From assembly GCF_963921235.1 (NCBI RefSeq), contig NC_086109.1:15440001-15504000 (forward strand): a stretch of 64,000 nt of DNA, read 5' to 3'. Shown in pieces: positions 63,136 to 64,000 of the stretch. The stretch comes from Mobula hypostoma (taxonomy: Eukaryota). The notes beneath the pieces are model-generated. The model saw only the letters and a program-made list of their open reading frames with translations. It searched no databases and was not told where the DNA came from. Each line of letters opens with the position of its first letter. Within the stretch, counting starts at the first letter, position 1. Position numbers and translations under genes: made by a program.

Positions 63136-64000
63136 AGTTTTTTCACCTCCCAACCTTTGTCACTATTTGTACCCTTCCTTCGTCTGCCTATCACCTCCTC
63201 ACCTGGATCCACCTATCATTTGCCAGCTCTTTTCGGCCCCTTTCCTTTACCTTGTTATTCTGGCCACTTCCCCTCCATCTTTCAGTCCAGATGAAGAGTC
63301 TCAACCAAGGTATTGATTGATCATTTCTCTCCACAGGTGCTGCCTGATTTGCTGGGTTCCTCCAGCAATTTTGTTTTCTCCCATCTTTAAGCTACCTCTG
63401 CGCTCTTAAAACAAGTTGTAAGGGATTAAGCCTTTGTCAAATAACTTCCAGTCCACAAAGGACAAGGTTTTGCATGTCATGGAGTATTTTCTATGCAGTC
63501 AAGGCAACCTTCTCATTACCATGGCTAATGTCGAAGATGGCTTGGATTTGGAAGTTCTTGAGAATCGGGTCCTGCTGAAGGGGCTCGGCCCGAAACGTCA
63601 ATTATACTCTTTTCCATAGATGCCCCCTGGCCTGTTGAGTTCCTCCAGCATTTTGCGTCTGCTGCTTGGATTTCCAGCATCTGCAGATTTTCTCTTGTTT
63701 GTGAATGAGAAACTTTACTGATTCAAGTGTTCCAATAAACAGCAAGATGTGGATTATCTCAGCCTTAAGACGAATGCTAATAGCTTACAATCAGTTAAAG
63801 TGGATGCTATCAGTTCAATCCCAGAATGCAGAACTCAGACCTTTTCTGGGAATATTCAACAATACTCCAGATTTGTGTGTGATTCTGTATTTATTTATTT
63901 ATTGAGATACAATGAGGAATGAGTCCTTCTGACCCTTTGAGCAATGACCCAGCAATACCCCAATTTAATCCTAGCCTAATCACAGGATTAATGACCAACT

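Overview
Repeat-saturated, apparently gene-free vertebrate DNA (intergenic or a large intron). The repeat mix (V-domain/HE1-type SINEs, SacSINE1/DeuSINE-like relics, CR1, Rex1/Babar, L1, RTE, Penelope-like elements, Tc1 and hAT MITEs) suggests a cartilaginous fish, probably a ray (inference). I found no host exon that I can support. The main feature is a young 4.88-kb minus-strand Gmr1-like Ty3/Gypsy LTR element (45230-50107). It has ~99% identical LTRs, a CTAC TSD, a tRNA-Pro PBS, a PPT, and one open 961-aa ORF in which intact Gag(SCAN-like, CCHC)-protease is fused in frame to collapsed, catalytically dead IN-RT-RNase H remnants. Other notable items are a decayed twister-ribozyme-like motif heading an RTE-derived short retroposon (~9953), many Penelope-type minimal hammerhead motifs (some as head-to-head palindromes), two solo LTRs, a hAT-like element with a 6-bp TSD, a composite MITE, and a 104-bp-arm inverted duplication. 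Family names come from motif recall, not database searches. Boundaries of old repeats are approximate.
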